From the IMG/VR virus record IMGVR_UViG_3300012533_000003, positions 24,493 through 88,492 of that record: a stretch of DNA of 64,000 nucleotides. One strand, 5' to 3'. The DNA is from a virus. Positions 30,942-40,314 of this stretch are shown in pieces; the stretch's first letter is position 1, and each line of letters opens with the position of its first letter. The notes under the pieces were generated by a model that saw only the letters and a list, made by a program, of their open reading frames with translations, did not search any database and had not been told where the DNA came from. Position numbers and translations under genes: made by a program.

Positions 30942-32000
30942 ATGGATGTCGGCGGTCTACTTAGCAAGAAGAAGCAAATCGATGAATCGATGAATTTTGG
31001 TAACGAGAAGAAACTCGTTATCAGCGGAGTCCATCAAGTTCGTATTGTTGGCGAATTTGCTTCTGCGTTTGAGCATTTTGTTGAGGTTGCTCCAGGAACC
31101 TCGAGACCTGTCTATTGCGGAGGGCCATCTTCTGAATGTGCTCTTTGCAAGCGCAATGCGGCAGACGAATTGACAGGCGATAAGGCAAGACAAGATCTTG
31201 CTTCGAAGAGAACTGCAAAGGAAAAATTCTACTTTAATGTGATCAGCAGAAATCCATCTGATATCGAATGGCATAAATCGAATAAGCATTCGATGATCCT
31301 TGCACAGAATGCAAAGGGAAATAATGTTGGCCCGATGGTTCTGAGAGAGATTGCAAGCATCTGTCAGATGCGAAAGGATCTTGGGCAAGACCCAAATCCG
31401 GAGACCTTTGATATTATCTTGATGAAGGAAGGTTCAAATCTCACGACGAAATACAAGGCTCAGTTTAGCGGAACTGTTACGCCTCTTACTGAAGAAGAGA
31501 AGCAGTATCAGCTATATGATCTCGCTATTGTTGCTCAGCATAGCGACGCCCCGTGGGTCGCAAAGGTTATGAGGGCGATTGACGGTGGCGGCTGGAGTGA
31601 CCAGGACACTAGCTTCCCGTTTGGAGCAAATGCTCCTGTCGCGCCGCCTCCAAACTCCACCCTTGCCGGCCCTCTTGGCGGACCTCCTGCACAACAGGCG
31701 CAACAAACTCCGCCATGGCAGCAACCGGTTCAAGCTCCTGCGCAACCACCTCCGCCCACTCAGCAGGTAGCTCCACCGCCTATTGCGCCGCCGCCTCCTC
31801 CTCCCCAAGTTCCACCACAGGCAAATCTTGATCAGTATATCGACACGAAGCCAAATTCTTCGTTCGATCCAAATCTGCACTACAAGCTCCCTTGTCAGTG
31901 CAAGTCTGAGATGCAGATTGCAAGAAGCGGAACTGATATGAGAGATCTTCGGTGCCACGGATGCGGAAAGATCTACGGCAATCCTTGGAAGAAGAAGTAA
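30942..32000 (+). CDS. gp32-like single-stranded DNA-binding protein with Pro-rich linker and C-terminal Zn ribbon
   Basis: VRIVG, EHFV, VYC..CALC, KFYFNVISR, DIILMKEG...TKY. Confidence 0.65.
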   Translation: MDVGGLLSKKKQIDESMNFGNEKKLVISGVHQVRIVGEFASAFEHFVEVAPGTSRPVYCGGPSSECALCKRNAADELTGDKARQDLASKRTAKEKFYFNVISRNPSDIEWHKSNKHSMILAQNAKGNNVGPMVLREIASICQMRKDLGQDPNPETFDIILMKEGSNLTTKYKAQFSGTVTPLTEEEKQYQLYDLAIVAQHSDAPWVAKVMRAIDGGGWSDQDTSFPFGANAPVAPPPNSTLAGPLGGPPAQQAQQTPPWQQPVQAPAQPPPPTQQVAPPPIAPPPPPPQVPPQANLDQYIDTKPNSSFDPNLHYKLPCQCKSEMQIARSGTDMRDLRCHGCGKIYGNPWKKK

Positions 32001-32004
32001 TCAC

Positions 32005-32177
32005 TTGTCGAGCTACTCGTGACGAAAGTCACCAGACAATAGAATCTATTGCATGTAGCTTGTCAGTCTAACAAGATTGACCGATAGATTCTCCTGAGCC
32101 TAGCAGTGCTGAGGTCTAACCGTAAGATTCAAATCTAGGAAGACGGTGGCAACCGGGAGAGACCGGTATTTTATTTT
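32005..32177 (+). ncRNA. Candidate structured ncRNA
   Basis: Multiple helices, GAAA tetraloop, two possible pseudoknots, terminal hairpin plus U-rich tract. Confidence 0.55.
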
Positions 32178-32220
32178 GTATTGAATTTTGCAGTTGTATA
32201 GTTGGTTTATGCGCATGTAT

Positions 32221-32294
32221 GCGTCTGTAGCTTAGTTGGTCAAAGCATTTGACTTTTAATCAAAGGAGCGTGAGTTCAAATCTCACCAGACGCA
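32221..32294 (+). tRNA. tRNA-Lys(UUU)
   Basis: GCGTCTG/CAGACGC acceptor; TTTGA-CTTTTAA-TCAAA; GTTCAAATC. Confidence 0.9.
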
Positions 32295-32330
32295 CATTAT
32301 TCTATATCGAATAGAAAAGTATACAGCTGT

Positions 32331-32945
32331 ATGGGCAGATATATTCGCGATATTGAAATACTCTCTAAATCAAAAGAAGAATTTATTAAATTGTTCAATG
32401 ACAATATAAGTTTTAAATTAATCGGCGATACATTTAATGTTAATGAATATGCAGCGATACAATATGCAAAAGATCTTTTATTGGCAAGAAAAAGAAAATA
32501 CGGACCAAGACCAACAGGGAAGTATTTAAGTATAAAGAAATGTGAAACTTGTGGCAATCTATGTAAGTCAAAATATACAAGATTTTGTTGTATAAAGTGT
32601 TCAGTTACTGATTTTACATCAGAGAGAAAAAGTGAATTTCTAAGAAGATGGTTAAACGGCGAAGATATTGGTTACACAAAATATGGAAATCAAATATCAG
32701 CAATTAGAGAATATCTTTTTCAGAAATTTGAATCAAGATGTCAGAAATGCGGGTGGTCTGAAAGAAATATTTCAACTGGTCGCGTTCCATTAGAGGTAGA
32801 CCATAAAGACGGAGATTGGAAAAATAATAGATTTGACAATCTTCAATTACTTTGTCCGAATTGTCATAGTTTGACGCCAACGTTTAGATCTTTGAATAGA
32901 GGAAAAGGAAGAGGATATAAGTTTGTCAAACGTTCAATAGAATGA
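32331..32945 (+). CDS. HNH endonuclease (probable homing endonuclease)
   Basis: CQKCG, LEVDHKDGDWKNNRFDNLQLLCPNCHS; inside tRNA region. Confidence 0.9.
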   Translation: MGRYIRDIEILSKSKEEFIKLFNDNISFKLIGDTFNVNEYAAIQYAKDLLLARKRKYGPRPTGKYLSIKKCETCGNLCKSKYTRFCCIKCSVTDFTSERKSEFLRRWLNGEDIGYTKYGNQISAIREYLFQKFESRCQKCGWSERNISTGRVPLEVDHKDGDWKNNRFDNLQLLCPNCHSLTPTFRSLNRGKGRGYKFVKRSIE

Positions 32946-33007
32946 CGCCCCCTGGCGCACAAAACGTATATCGATATAGCCCGTTTGTCTTTAACAAAGG
33001 AATAACA

Positions 33008-33046
33008 ATGGCTAAGAAGAAAAAGGGCAAAGGCAAGGGTTGCTGA
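33008..33046 (+). CDS. 12-aa basic peptide MAKKKKGKGKGC
   Basis: AAGGA RBS upstream, hairpin right after stop. Confidence 0.45.
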   Translation: MAKKKKGKGKGC

Positions 33047-33047
33047 A

Positions 33048-33083
33048 AAACAGACCATAGAAAACACTATGGTCTGTTTCTTT
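33048..33083 (+). terminator. Intrinsic terminator
   Basis: AAACAGACCATAG-AAAACA-CTATGGTCTGTTT-CTTT. Confidence 0.65.
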
Positions 33084-33115
33084 GAAACAATGAATTTAAC
33101 AAAAACGGAGAAAAA

Positions 33116-33307
33116 ATGAAAAGTCGAAATATTGTTGTTATGATTCAAATCAAGACAGAAAAAGACATTATTCTTTTACAAGATAAAGATTTCTGGGATA
33201 ATGTTTTGAACTGTTCGGTAGATTGTGAGGACATGTCTATCATGCAAGCACCGGCTGTTTTTGTTGTCAAGGATAATGAGAAGCCAAGAAAGAAAAAGGA
33301 AAATTGA
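33116..33307 (+). CDS. Small hypothetical protein
   Basis: GGAG RBS; 63 aa. Confidence 0.55.
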   Translation: MKSRNIVVMIQIKTEKDIILLQDKDFWDNVLNCSVDCEDMSIMQAPAVFVVKDNEKPRKKKEN

Positions 33308-33391
33308 CATCCTCTGGAGGAATTGGCAGACTCAACAGACTTAAAATCTGTTGGCCGAAAGGCCGTGCGGGTTCAAATCCCGCGAGGATGA
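33308..33391 (+). tRNA. tRNA-Leu(UAA)
   Basis: CATCCTC/GAGGATG; ACAGA-CTTAAAA-TCTGT; long variable arm GGCC-GAAA-GGCC. Confidence 0.9.
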
Positions 33392-33396
33392 TGTGA

Positions 33397-33473
33397 GCCC
33401 GCATAGCTCAGCAGGATAGAGCCACGGTTTTCTAAACCGTAGGTCCCAGGTTCGATTCCTGGTGCGGGTGCCA
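33397..33473 (+). tRNA. tRNA-Arg(UCU)
   Basis: GCCCGCA/TGCGGGT; ACGGT-TTTCTAA-ACCGT; encoded CCA. Confidence 0.92.
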
Positions 33474-33482
33474 AAATTGTGA

Positions 33483-33560
33483 GGGGGCGTAAGCTCAGTC
33501 TGGTAGAGCTTCCGGCTTATTCCCGGGTGGTCGTGGGTTCAAATCCTACCGCCCCTACCA
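33483..33560 (+). tRNA. tRNA with UAU anticodon (Ile), atypical loop
   Basis: GGGGGCG/CGCCCCT; TCCGG-CTTATTC-CCGGG; GTTCAAATC; encoded CCA. Confidence 0.75.
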
Positions 33561-33632
33561 AAATCATCAATCAACAATGTGTAATTGTTGATTTGTTCTT
33601 TTTCATGGGTGTCTGCAGATGTCGAAGAGATT

Positions 33633-33667
33633 GTCGACCGTCATGGGCAGTGGCGGTCGACTTTTAT
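33633..33667 (+). terminator. Terminator after tRNA cluster
   Basis: GTCGACCGTCA-7 nt-TGGCGGTCGAC-TTTTAT. Confidence 0.6.
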
Positions 33668-33679
33668 CGAAAGGTCAAA

Positions 33680-35221
33680 ATGTTAAAAAGAATTCTTTTT
33701 GTTTTCTTCTTTTTTTATTCTTCTTGTCTTGCGCAGTTCAGCAGTTCTAAGGTCTATAATTATCCTTTGTATTTGAATCCCTGTCTTCCTTCTGTTGAAG
33801 ATCTTAATTGTGATGGAAATCTTGATTATGTTGTTTCTGGATTAATCGGATTGTTTGGCCCTGCATTTAAGTTCTACGATGGAGTAAATCCTGCAAACGT
33901 CATTAGCGGCCCGATAATTTCGATTTCTACAAGCTACGGATTAACTCAATTTGCGGATGTAAATCTTGATGGCTTTACTGATATTATTCAACCGATCTAT
34001 GATCCAAATGTGAGCATACCTAGCAATATTGCAGTATATTATGGTCTCGGAAATGGTCATTTTTCTTCTCAAATTATGAGTCCTGCGCCTGCTCTATTTA
34101 GTTTTTGTCACGCAAAAAGAATCGACTATGATCTTGATGGGATTTCTGATTTTGTTTTTGGCGGAAGTTATGTGCCAAATGCGGCTCCCGTTGCATTCAG
34201 CGGGAAATGGAATAATTCGACTCAACAAATGTCTTTCCTCAATTACACCTCTCAAATGACGAGCGGAAATCCCAGTCCATCTCAAGTCGTAGGGGTTCCA
34301 AGGAAAGTAACAATCGATGCAGTTGGATATAAATGGCTCGTATTCGGAACTAATGTTTTTCAATTTCGCTTAGTTGAAGCGACGCAAGCTCTTAATAACC
34401 CTATTATTATCAATTCTACATATAACATTAACTCTTATGACGTTTATGATTTCGATTTTGACGGAAATGATGATATTATTTATTGTAGCGAGCCTGGGAT
34501 GTGTGAAATTATTTACTTAGACCAGTATAAATCCGTTATTTCGAGAAATATCATTAACCTTGGATCTGGAGGGACAGTAAGTCTTCGGGGACTTGCAGTC
34601 GAAGATATCGGAAATAATGCGGCTCCTCAAGTTTGTATTCTTGATGCATATCTAAATCCGGCAGTTCTTATCATTACTGATTTTATCACTGTTACAAATT
34701 ACACTCTAAGCAATCAATCTAACGCTACATCTAATGCGATTAGAGTTGAAAAATCGGAATTGAAAAATGGAAGAAATTGTTTTATTATTAGTCTTTTTGC
34801 TTCTTCATATAATTCTGAAAAATTAGAATTTACAAATCCGGGAGCATACCCTTCATCGACTTTTGTAGGATCAGAGCCGACCTTGGGATGGATCAATCGA
34901 GATCCTTCGATTGGCGATCTTGAAATGTCATTTGTAATGAGCAACGGGTATTCTGGAATGCCCGCGATCGTATCTTTTGGATCGGTCCTTAATAACCCTC
35001 CGGTTGCGTTGACTCCATATTTTAATCTTTACAACAATCTTCTTTTCTACAGCTCCGCAACTGTAGTTAACTCAAACGGGTGTGCCGCCGTCAATTGGGG
35101 AATTCCCTGGAACCCTTCGCTTTACGGAATTCATCTTGCATGCCAATGGATTACTTCAGATTTAAGTTCTAATGCAATTGGATCAAATGGCATAGATCTT
35201 TATCTTGGTTATTCGTATTAA
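33680..35221 (+). CDS. Secreted FG-GAP/VCBS-repeat protein
   Basis: Signal peptide MLKRILFVFFFFYSSCLAQ; DLNCDGNLD, DVNLDGFTD, DYDLDGISD, DFDFDGNDD; track start 33479 overlaps a tRNA. Confidence 0.8.
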   Translation: MLKRILFVFFFFYSSCLAQFSSSKVYNYPLYLNPCLPSVEDLNCDGNLDYVVSGLIGLFGPAFKFYDGVNPANVISGPIISISTSYGLTQFADVNLDGFTDIIQPIYDPNVSIPSNIAVYYGLGNGHFSSQIMSPAPALFSFCHAKRIDYDLDGISDFVFGGSYVPNAAPVAFSGKWNNSTQQMSFLNYTSQMTSGNPSPSQVVGVPRKVTIDAVGYKWLVFGTNVFQFRLVEATQALNNPIIINSTYNINSYDVYDFDFDGNDDIIYCSEPGMCEIIYLDQYKSVISRNIINLGSGGTVSLRGLAVEDIGNNAAPQVCILDAYLNPAVLIITDFITVTNYTLSNQSNATSNAIRVEKSELKNGRNCFIISLFASSYNSEKLEFTNPGAYPSSTFVGSEPTLGWINRDPSIGDLEMSFVMSNGYSGMPAIVSFGSVLNNPPVALTPYFNLYNNLLFYSSATVVNSNGCAAVNWGIPWNPSLYGIHLACQWITSDLSSNAIGSNGIDLYLGYSY

Positions 35222-35226
35222 TTGAT

Positions 35227-36309
35227 ATGAGTGACCCGCTTGCCGACATTGTTTCTTCAATCAAGTCGAAACTTGATAACCCTGAAATTATCTATTCAAG
35301 AGCAACAAAGACTCTTGAACCATACGATGTATTTTCAACTGGTATAGCTGCAATTGATGACGTTCTCGGCGGCGGGATTCCTGCTGGAAGAATAACAGAA
35401 CTATATGGTCCTGAAGCATCCGGTAAAACAACCGTGATGCTTCATTTAATTGCAAACTGTCAAAAGAACGGCGATCTTGTTTATTTCGTTGATGCTGAGC
35501 ATGCTCTTGATCTTTCTTATGCTCAACGTATCGGAATTGATCCGACAAGGATGATTTTTTCCACCCCTGATTACGGGGAAGAGGCCCTGGAAGTCGTGCG
35601 AGTGACTTGCGAGTCTATCGCTGAATACAAAGAAAGAACTGGGAAAGCACACAGAGCGATCATCGTTGTCGATAGCATTCCTGCTCTTGTCCCGAGAGCT
35701 GAATTTGATAAAGTAGAAAAAGAAGGTCTCGATGTCGGAAGCAATCAATTCAGCAGACGAGCTGCGATGCTTAGTTCTGCCCTTCCGAAGATTGTCAAAC
35801 CTCTTGCTGATTCAAAAGTTGCTCTTGTCTTCATAAATCAAGAAAGAGATAATGTTGGTGTGATGTATGGTCCAAAGAAGACTCAGCCAGGAGGGGCCGC
35901 AATGAAATTCTTTTCATCTCTTAGAATATCAATTAATAGAATGGGTCAATACATGGTTGCAGGGAAGCCTGCCGGAACGAAGAGTAAAATAAGACCAGTC
36001 AAGAGTAAACTATTTCCTATTTGGGGAAGGGAAGCAGAGTTTATTATCAACGAAAACGGAATTAATAAATACGGAATGCTTGCAGAAGATGCTATTGTAT
36101 ATGAAATCGGAAAGAAAGAAGGGGCAATGTTTAGATATGAAAATAAATCATGGCGTGGACTTGCGGCTCTTGAAGAAGATTTAAGAAAAGATCCACAATT
36201 GTATACTTCGATGTTAGCTGCTGTTCTTAAGGCTAGGCAGTCAAATCCTAGAAAACTAGGGGGTGATCCTGGAAAATCAACTGCCGAGGAGACGACCGAA
36301 GAACAGTAG
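35227..36309 (+). CDS. recA: RecA recombinase
   Basis: GGIPAGRITELYGPEASGKTT, DAEHALD, VVDSI, FINQ, PGGAAMKF. Confidence 0.95.
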   Translation: MSDPLADIVSSIKSKLDNPEIIYSRATKTLEPYDVFSTGIAAIDDVLGGGIPAGRITELYGPEASGKTTVMLHLIANCQKNGDLVYFVDAEHALDLSYAQRIGIDPTRMIFSTPDYGEEALEVVRVTCESIAEYKERTGKAHRAIIVVDSIPALVPRAEFDKVEKEGLDVGSNQFSRRAAMLSSALPKIVKPLADSKVALVFINQERDNVGVMYGPKKTQPGGAAMKFFSSLRISINRMGQYMVAGKPAGTKSKIRPVKSKLFPIWGREAEFIINENGINKYGMLAEDAIVYEIGKKEGAMFRYENKSWRGLAALEEDLRKDPQLYTSMLAAVLKARQSNPRKLGGDPGKSTAEETTEEQ

Positions 36310-36351
36310 TGCGGATGGAACCAGTCGCAAAAGCGGCTACCTGACAAGATT

Positions 36352-36382
36352 GAGCCAACGGCCAAAAACCGTTGGCTCTTTT
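36352..36382 (+). terminator. Intrinsic terminator after recA
   Basis: GAGCCAACGG-CCAAAAA-CCGTTGGCTC-TTTT. Confidence 0.75.
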
Positions 36383-36395
36383 AATGAAGTGAACT

Positions 36396-37250
36396 ATGAT
36401 TAGAAATCTATTCCTTCTATTTCAATCTTTGCAGGTTCCTATTGCGCCGGTCGAACCGATCTCATATAGCGTCGCAGTTGTTGGCGACAATCAAAACGGT
36501 CCGAATATATTTTCACAGATCTGCAATTCAATTAGATTAGAAAATGTTGATGCATTCGTTGGTCTCGGTGATCATATTCAGAACAGAGGAGCAATACCCT
36601 CTGAATGGATTGACCAGTTTATCAACCCTCTTTCTCCTATTATGTCACTTCCAAGATGGGGCGCGCGAGGAAATCACGATGATGTTTTAGGGTATCAATT
36701 ATTTTTCTGGAATCTGCCAGTTCAACAAAATATCGGTCAATGGACTGCATTTACTCTCGGGTCTGTCAGATGGGTTATACTTGATGCAAACGATGAAACA
36801 TTTGATTTAAGAACATCAATGGATCCCGGACATCCTCAGAGGATATTTATCGATAGAGAAATTACTAGCCAAGAATGGATACGGTCAAAGTTTAGAATTG
36901 TTTTATTTCATGAGCCGGCGACGACAAACGTCTGGTATTCAAACTGTTATTATCAATCATATCAAACCCCCCAATGGATTTCATTGATGGATAGATTGCA
37001 GAACTCAGGATGTCATCTCGTATTAAACGGGCATGCGCATGGCTATGAAAGATCTCTTTGGCGAAATGGGCCAATGTGGAAGATTACTTCAGGAGGCGGA
37101 GGTGGTGCTCTTGATACCATCTGTGGCGGCGGGTATATTGTTGCTCTTGTTGAGCATCACTTCTTGAAGATAAATATATCCTACGATTCGATTGAAGTTC
37201 GAGTTTTAAGTCCACAAAGAACCTTAAGGGATTTGGTTGTAATCAGATGA
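36396..37250 (+). CDS. Calcineurin-like metallophosphoesterase (purple acid phosphatase-like)
   Basis: GD, GD, GNHD, H, GHAHGYER, SGGGGG. Confidence 0.85.
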   Translation: MIRNLFLLFQSLQVPIAPVEPISYSVAVVGDNQNGPNIFSQICNSIRLENVDAFVGLGDHIQNRGAIPSEWIDQFINPLSPIMSLPRWGARGNHDDVLGYQLFFWNLPVQQNIGQWTAFTLGSVRWVILDANDETFDLRTSMDPGHPQRIFIDREITSQEWIRSKFRIVLFHEPATTNVWYSNCYYQSYQTPQWISLMDRLQNSGCHLVLNGHAHGYERSLWRNGPMWKITSGGGGGALDTICGGGYIVALVEHHFLKINISYDSIEVRVLSPQRTLRDLVVIR

Positions 37251-37621
37251 GCGAGCCTGTTGTTGCTTCGGATTTTATCGATAACAAAGCAAAGATTGAA
37301 GAAGTTTTCGAATTTCTTTCAATGAAGTGTTTTAGAAATTCTGAATCAAAAGGATTTTGGAAGGAAGGAATAAATAGAAATAAGGCAGAGATGATTGCCT
37401 TAATGCATTCTGAATTAAGCGAATGCCTTGAAGGAATTAGAAAAGGAAATCCCGCTGATAGCCATTGTCAGAATCATGGATCTGTTGAAATTGAACTTGC
37501 AGATACTTTGATTAGAATCTTTGATTTTGCAGGAGGATTCAATATTAATCTTGGAGAAGCTCTTATTGCAAAGATGATTTTTAATCTTCAAAGAGAGAAA
37601 TTGCACGGCAAGAAATTCTAA
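37247..37621 (+). CDS. MazG-like NTP pyrophosphohydrolase
   Basis: HSELSECLE...ELAD. Confidence 0.8.
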   Translation: MSEPVVASDFIDNKAKIEEVFEFLSMKCFRNSESKGFWKEGINRNKAEMIALMHSELSECLEGIRKGNPADSHCQNHGSVEIELADTLIRIFDFAGGFNINLGEALIAKMIFNLQREKLHGKKF

Positions 37622-38745
37622 TGTCAATTTTGACGTTTCATATATTTGGACTTCCATATATTCGAACATCAAGAGAGATATATGCATGTCCATTCACTCA
37701 AAAAATCTATAATCTCTGTGATATATTAAAATCAAATGGTCATAGAGTTGTCTTTTACGGAGTTGAAAAATCATCTGTCAACTGCGATGTTTTTATACAG
37801 GTTCTTTCTGAAAAAGAACGAAGTGAATCATATGGAAATTTCAATGAAGATTTTGAATTTTATAGTTCTAACTCTAAGTCTAGCGCAAATATCAAATTCA
37901 ATGAAAGATGCTTAAAAGCTCTCTTGCATGAATCAAAATATTCTGATATTGTATTACTTCCATATGGAAACATACATCAATATGTGATTGATAATATTCC
38001 AGATTATAAAAAATTGATTGTGATTGAATCTGGGATTGGATATGATCAATTAAACTATTCAATGGCCATATTTGATAGTTATGCATGGATGCATTATCTT
38101 TATGGAAAGAACGGTGTCAGCCAAGGAAGATGGCACGACGCAGTTATACCAAATTGTTTTTATCAAAGTGATTATGAATTTAATAGAGTTTCAAATGATT
38201 ACATTATGTTTCTTGGTAGAGTTGTCAACGATAAGGGAATATCAACGGCTATTGAGCTAGCAAAAAGATGTAATACGAAACTCATTATTGCTGGCAAAAG
38301 CAGCATTGATATTCCTAATGATTCTAATATCGAATATGTTGGTTGCCTAGATTGGGATACTAAGTGTAAGTTTTTGAAAAACGCAAAAGCATTGATTGCT
38401 CCGACGTATTATTTTGAACCATTCGGCAGAATGATTGTTGAGTCATTATTTTGCGGAACGCCAGTGATTACGACAGATTGGGGAGCTTTTTCGGAGACAG
38501 TTAAACACGGAAAAGTTGGGTATAGATGCAGAACAATGGAAGAGTTTGTTTGGTCTCTCAGGAATATTTCTACTATTGACAGACAAGACTGTCATCGATA
38601 TGCCGTAAATAATTTTTCTGTCGATGTTATCGGACAATTGTATGAAGAATACTTTCAAAGAATTTCAAGATGCGCTTCTAGAAACTGGTATGCGGATAAT
38701 CCCCAGAGATTAAACCTTAAGAATACCGCTGTCAACTATCAATGA
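37621..38745 (+). CDS. GT-B glycosyltransferase (GT4-like)
   Basis: FLGR...KG, EPFGRMIVESLFCGTPVI. Confidence 0.9.
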   Translation: MSILTFHIFGLPYIRTSREIYACPFTQKIYNLCDILKSNGHRVVFYGVEKSSVNCDVFIQVLSEKERSESYGNFNEDFEFYSSNSKSSANIKFNERCLKALLHESKYSDIVLLPYGNIHQYVIDNIPDYKKLIVIESGIGYDQLNYSMAIFDSYAWMHYLYGKNGVSQGRWHDAVIPNCFYQSDYEFNRVSNDYIMFLGRVVNDKGISTAIELAKRCNTKLIIAGKSSIDIPNDSNIEYVGCLDWDTKCKFLKNAKALIAPTYYFEPFGRMIVESLFCGTPVITTDWGAFSETVKHGKVGYRCRTMEEFVWSLRNISTIDRQDCHRYAVNNFSVDVIGQLYEEYFQRISRCASRNWYADNPQRLNLKNTAVNYQ

Positions 38746-38755
38746 GATCTATCAA

Positions 38756-39223
38756 ATGTATTGTGAATGCGGATGTGGAAATATCACTAATATTGCAAAA
38801 AGCGATAATACGAAATCTGGAATTAAAACAGGAGAACATTATAGATTTATTAAAAATCATCATAGGAGAAAATCTCATATCGAATATATCGTTGATGAAA
38901 AAACTAATTGTTGGATATGGCAGCTCGCAATTAAATCGAGAGGCTATGGGAATTATTGGCATGAAGGAAAATGTTTTCTTGCGCATAGATTTTATTATGA
39001 AAAATATAAAGGGAAGATTCCTGAAGGTCTTGTTTTAGATCATCTGTGCAGAAATAGATCTTGCGTGAATCCAGAACATCTTGAACCTGTAACACAAATG
39101 GTTAATAATCAAAGAGGAAAAGGTGGATTTTCTAATTTTAAGATTCATAATGATAAGATGAATAGCGATGATGAATATCGTAGATCACATATTGAAAAAC
39201 TTATCAAGAATTTAAGAAAATGA
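38756..39223 (+). CDS. HNH endonuclease
   Basis: CECGCG, CWIW, AHR, DHLCRNRSCVNPEHLEPVT. Confidence 0.9.
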   Translation: MYCECGCGNITNIAKSDNTKSGIKTGEHYRFIKNHHRRKSHIEYIVDEKTNCWIWQLAIKSRGYGNYWHEGKCFLAHRFYYEKYKGKIPEGLVLDHLCRNRSCVNPEHLEPVTQMVNNQRGKGGFSNFKIHNDKMNSDDEYRRSHIEKLIKNLRK

Positions 39224-40314
39224 AAATACTTTGCACGAGCGATTGGCATCTTGGATGTAATTCTCATGGAATAATCGATAAAGACGGCAGGAACAGTAGA
39301 CTTTCTGATATTGAAAATCTTCTTCATAGAATTATTGACTTTGCAACAAAAGAACAAGTTGATTTATTTTTGATGGCAGGTGATATCTTTCATACAAATC
39401 GACCTTCTGCGGATGAACAAAGGGTTTTTTGGGGAGTTCTTTGTCATCTTGAAGATAACGGAATACAATCAAGATTTATTATCGGAAACCATGACTACAC
39501 TTCTCAGATCGGAAAGAGCCATGCGCTCGCTCTCTTCGATGACATTACACGTCGTCAACTTAGGTTAACAAAAATCTATGATAAGACAACAAGCGAGTTG
39601 ATTGGCGATTGTGTTTTTCATTTCATGCCATATAAGGGCGATCATCCTGAATATCATAAGTTTGGAACATTTGAGAATAACGATCAAATCGGAAAGAATC
39701 ATATACTCGTCTGCCATAGTCACCTTGAGGGGGCTATAGTTGGAGCGGAGCCTTTTGAAATTCAAAATGACCATGCCACGTCGTTTAAGAGCATTCCTGT
39801 TGATTACGTTATTGCTGGCCATTTTCATAAGCCACAAATTCTTTCAAGCGTTAAGCCGATTAGTTTCTACCCTGGTTCGATTCATCCGATTGATTTTAAT
39901 GAGAGACTTGACGTAAAAGGAGTTGTCCTTCTTAACACTGAGACAGGCAATCTGACTCCTGTCGGATTTAAGACAAGGAAATTTGTTCAAATTGATCTTG
40001 AATGTTCAAATGATATCGCCGATGTTGACGTAAAAGACGCAATTATTAAAGTAAATGTGAAGTATCCTGAAGGAAGAGTTCATGAATATGACGAGTTGAA
40101 AATCAGAAAACAACTTGAATCATCTGGATCTCACTGCATTGCATCAATTAATCTTGAAATCGTAAAACAAGAAGTTAGAAGGGATCCTGAAATAAAGTTT
40201 AACAATGAGACGAAATCAAATTTCATAAGATATCTAGAACAAAAAGACTATGGTCTTTTAAAAGAAGATATTATGAAGTTTGGTTTGGAGATAATTGAAA
40301 AATGCAGACAGTGA
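39220..40314 (+). CDS. sbcD: SbcD/Mre11 nuclease
   Basis: SDWHLG, AGDIF, GNHD, GHFH, YPGS. Confidence 0.9.
   Translation: MKILCTSDWHLGCNSHGIIDKDGRNSRLSDIENLLHRIIDFATKEQVDLFLMAGDIFHTNRPSADEQRVFWGVLCHLEDNGIQSRFIIGNHDYTSQIGKSHALALFDDITRRQLRLTKIYDKTTSELIGDCVFHFMPYKGDHPEYHKFGTFENNDQIGKNHILVCHSHLEGAIVGAEPFEIQNDHATSFKSIPVDYVIAGHFHKPQILSSVKPISFYPGSIHPIDFNERLDVKGVVLLNTETGNLTPVGFKTRKFVQIDLECSNDIADVDVKDAIIKVNVKYPEGRVHEYDELKIRKQLESSGSHCIASINLEIVKQEVRRDPEIKFNNETKSNFIRYLEQKDYGLLKEDIMKFGLEIIEKCRQ

Noticed and set aside
33479..33679. N-terminal extension of the FG-GAP ORF
   Set aside because: Overlaps a tRNA and terminator; signal peptide starts at 33680
38742..39038. 98-aa ORF overlapping the HNH gene
   Set aside because: The alternative frame has clear HNH motifs; this one has none
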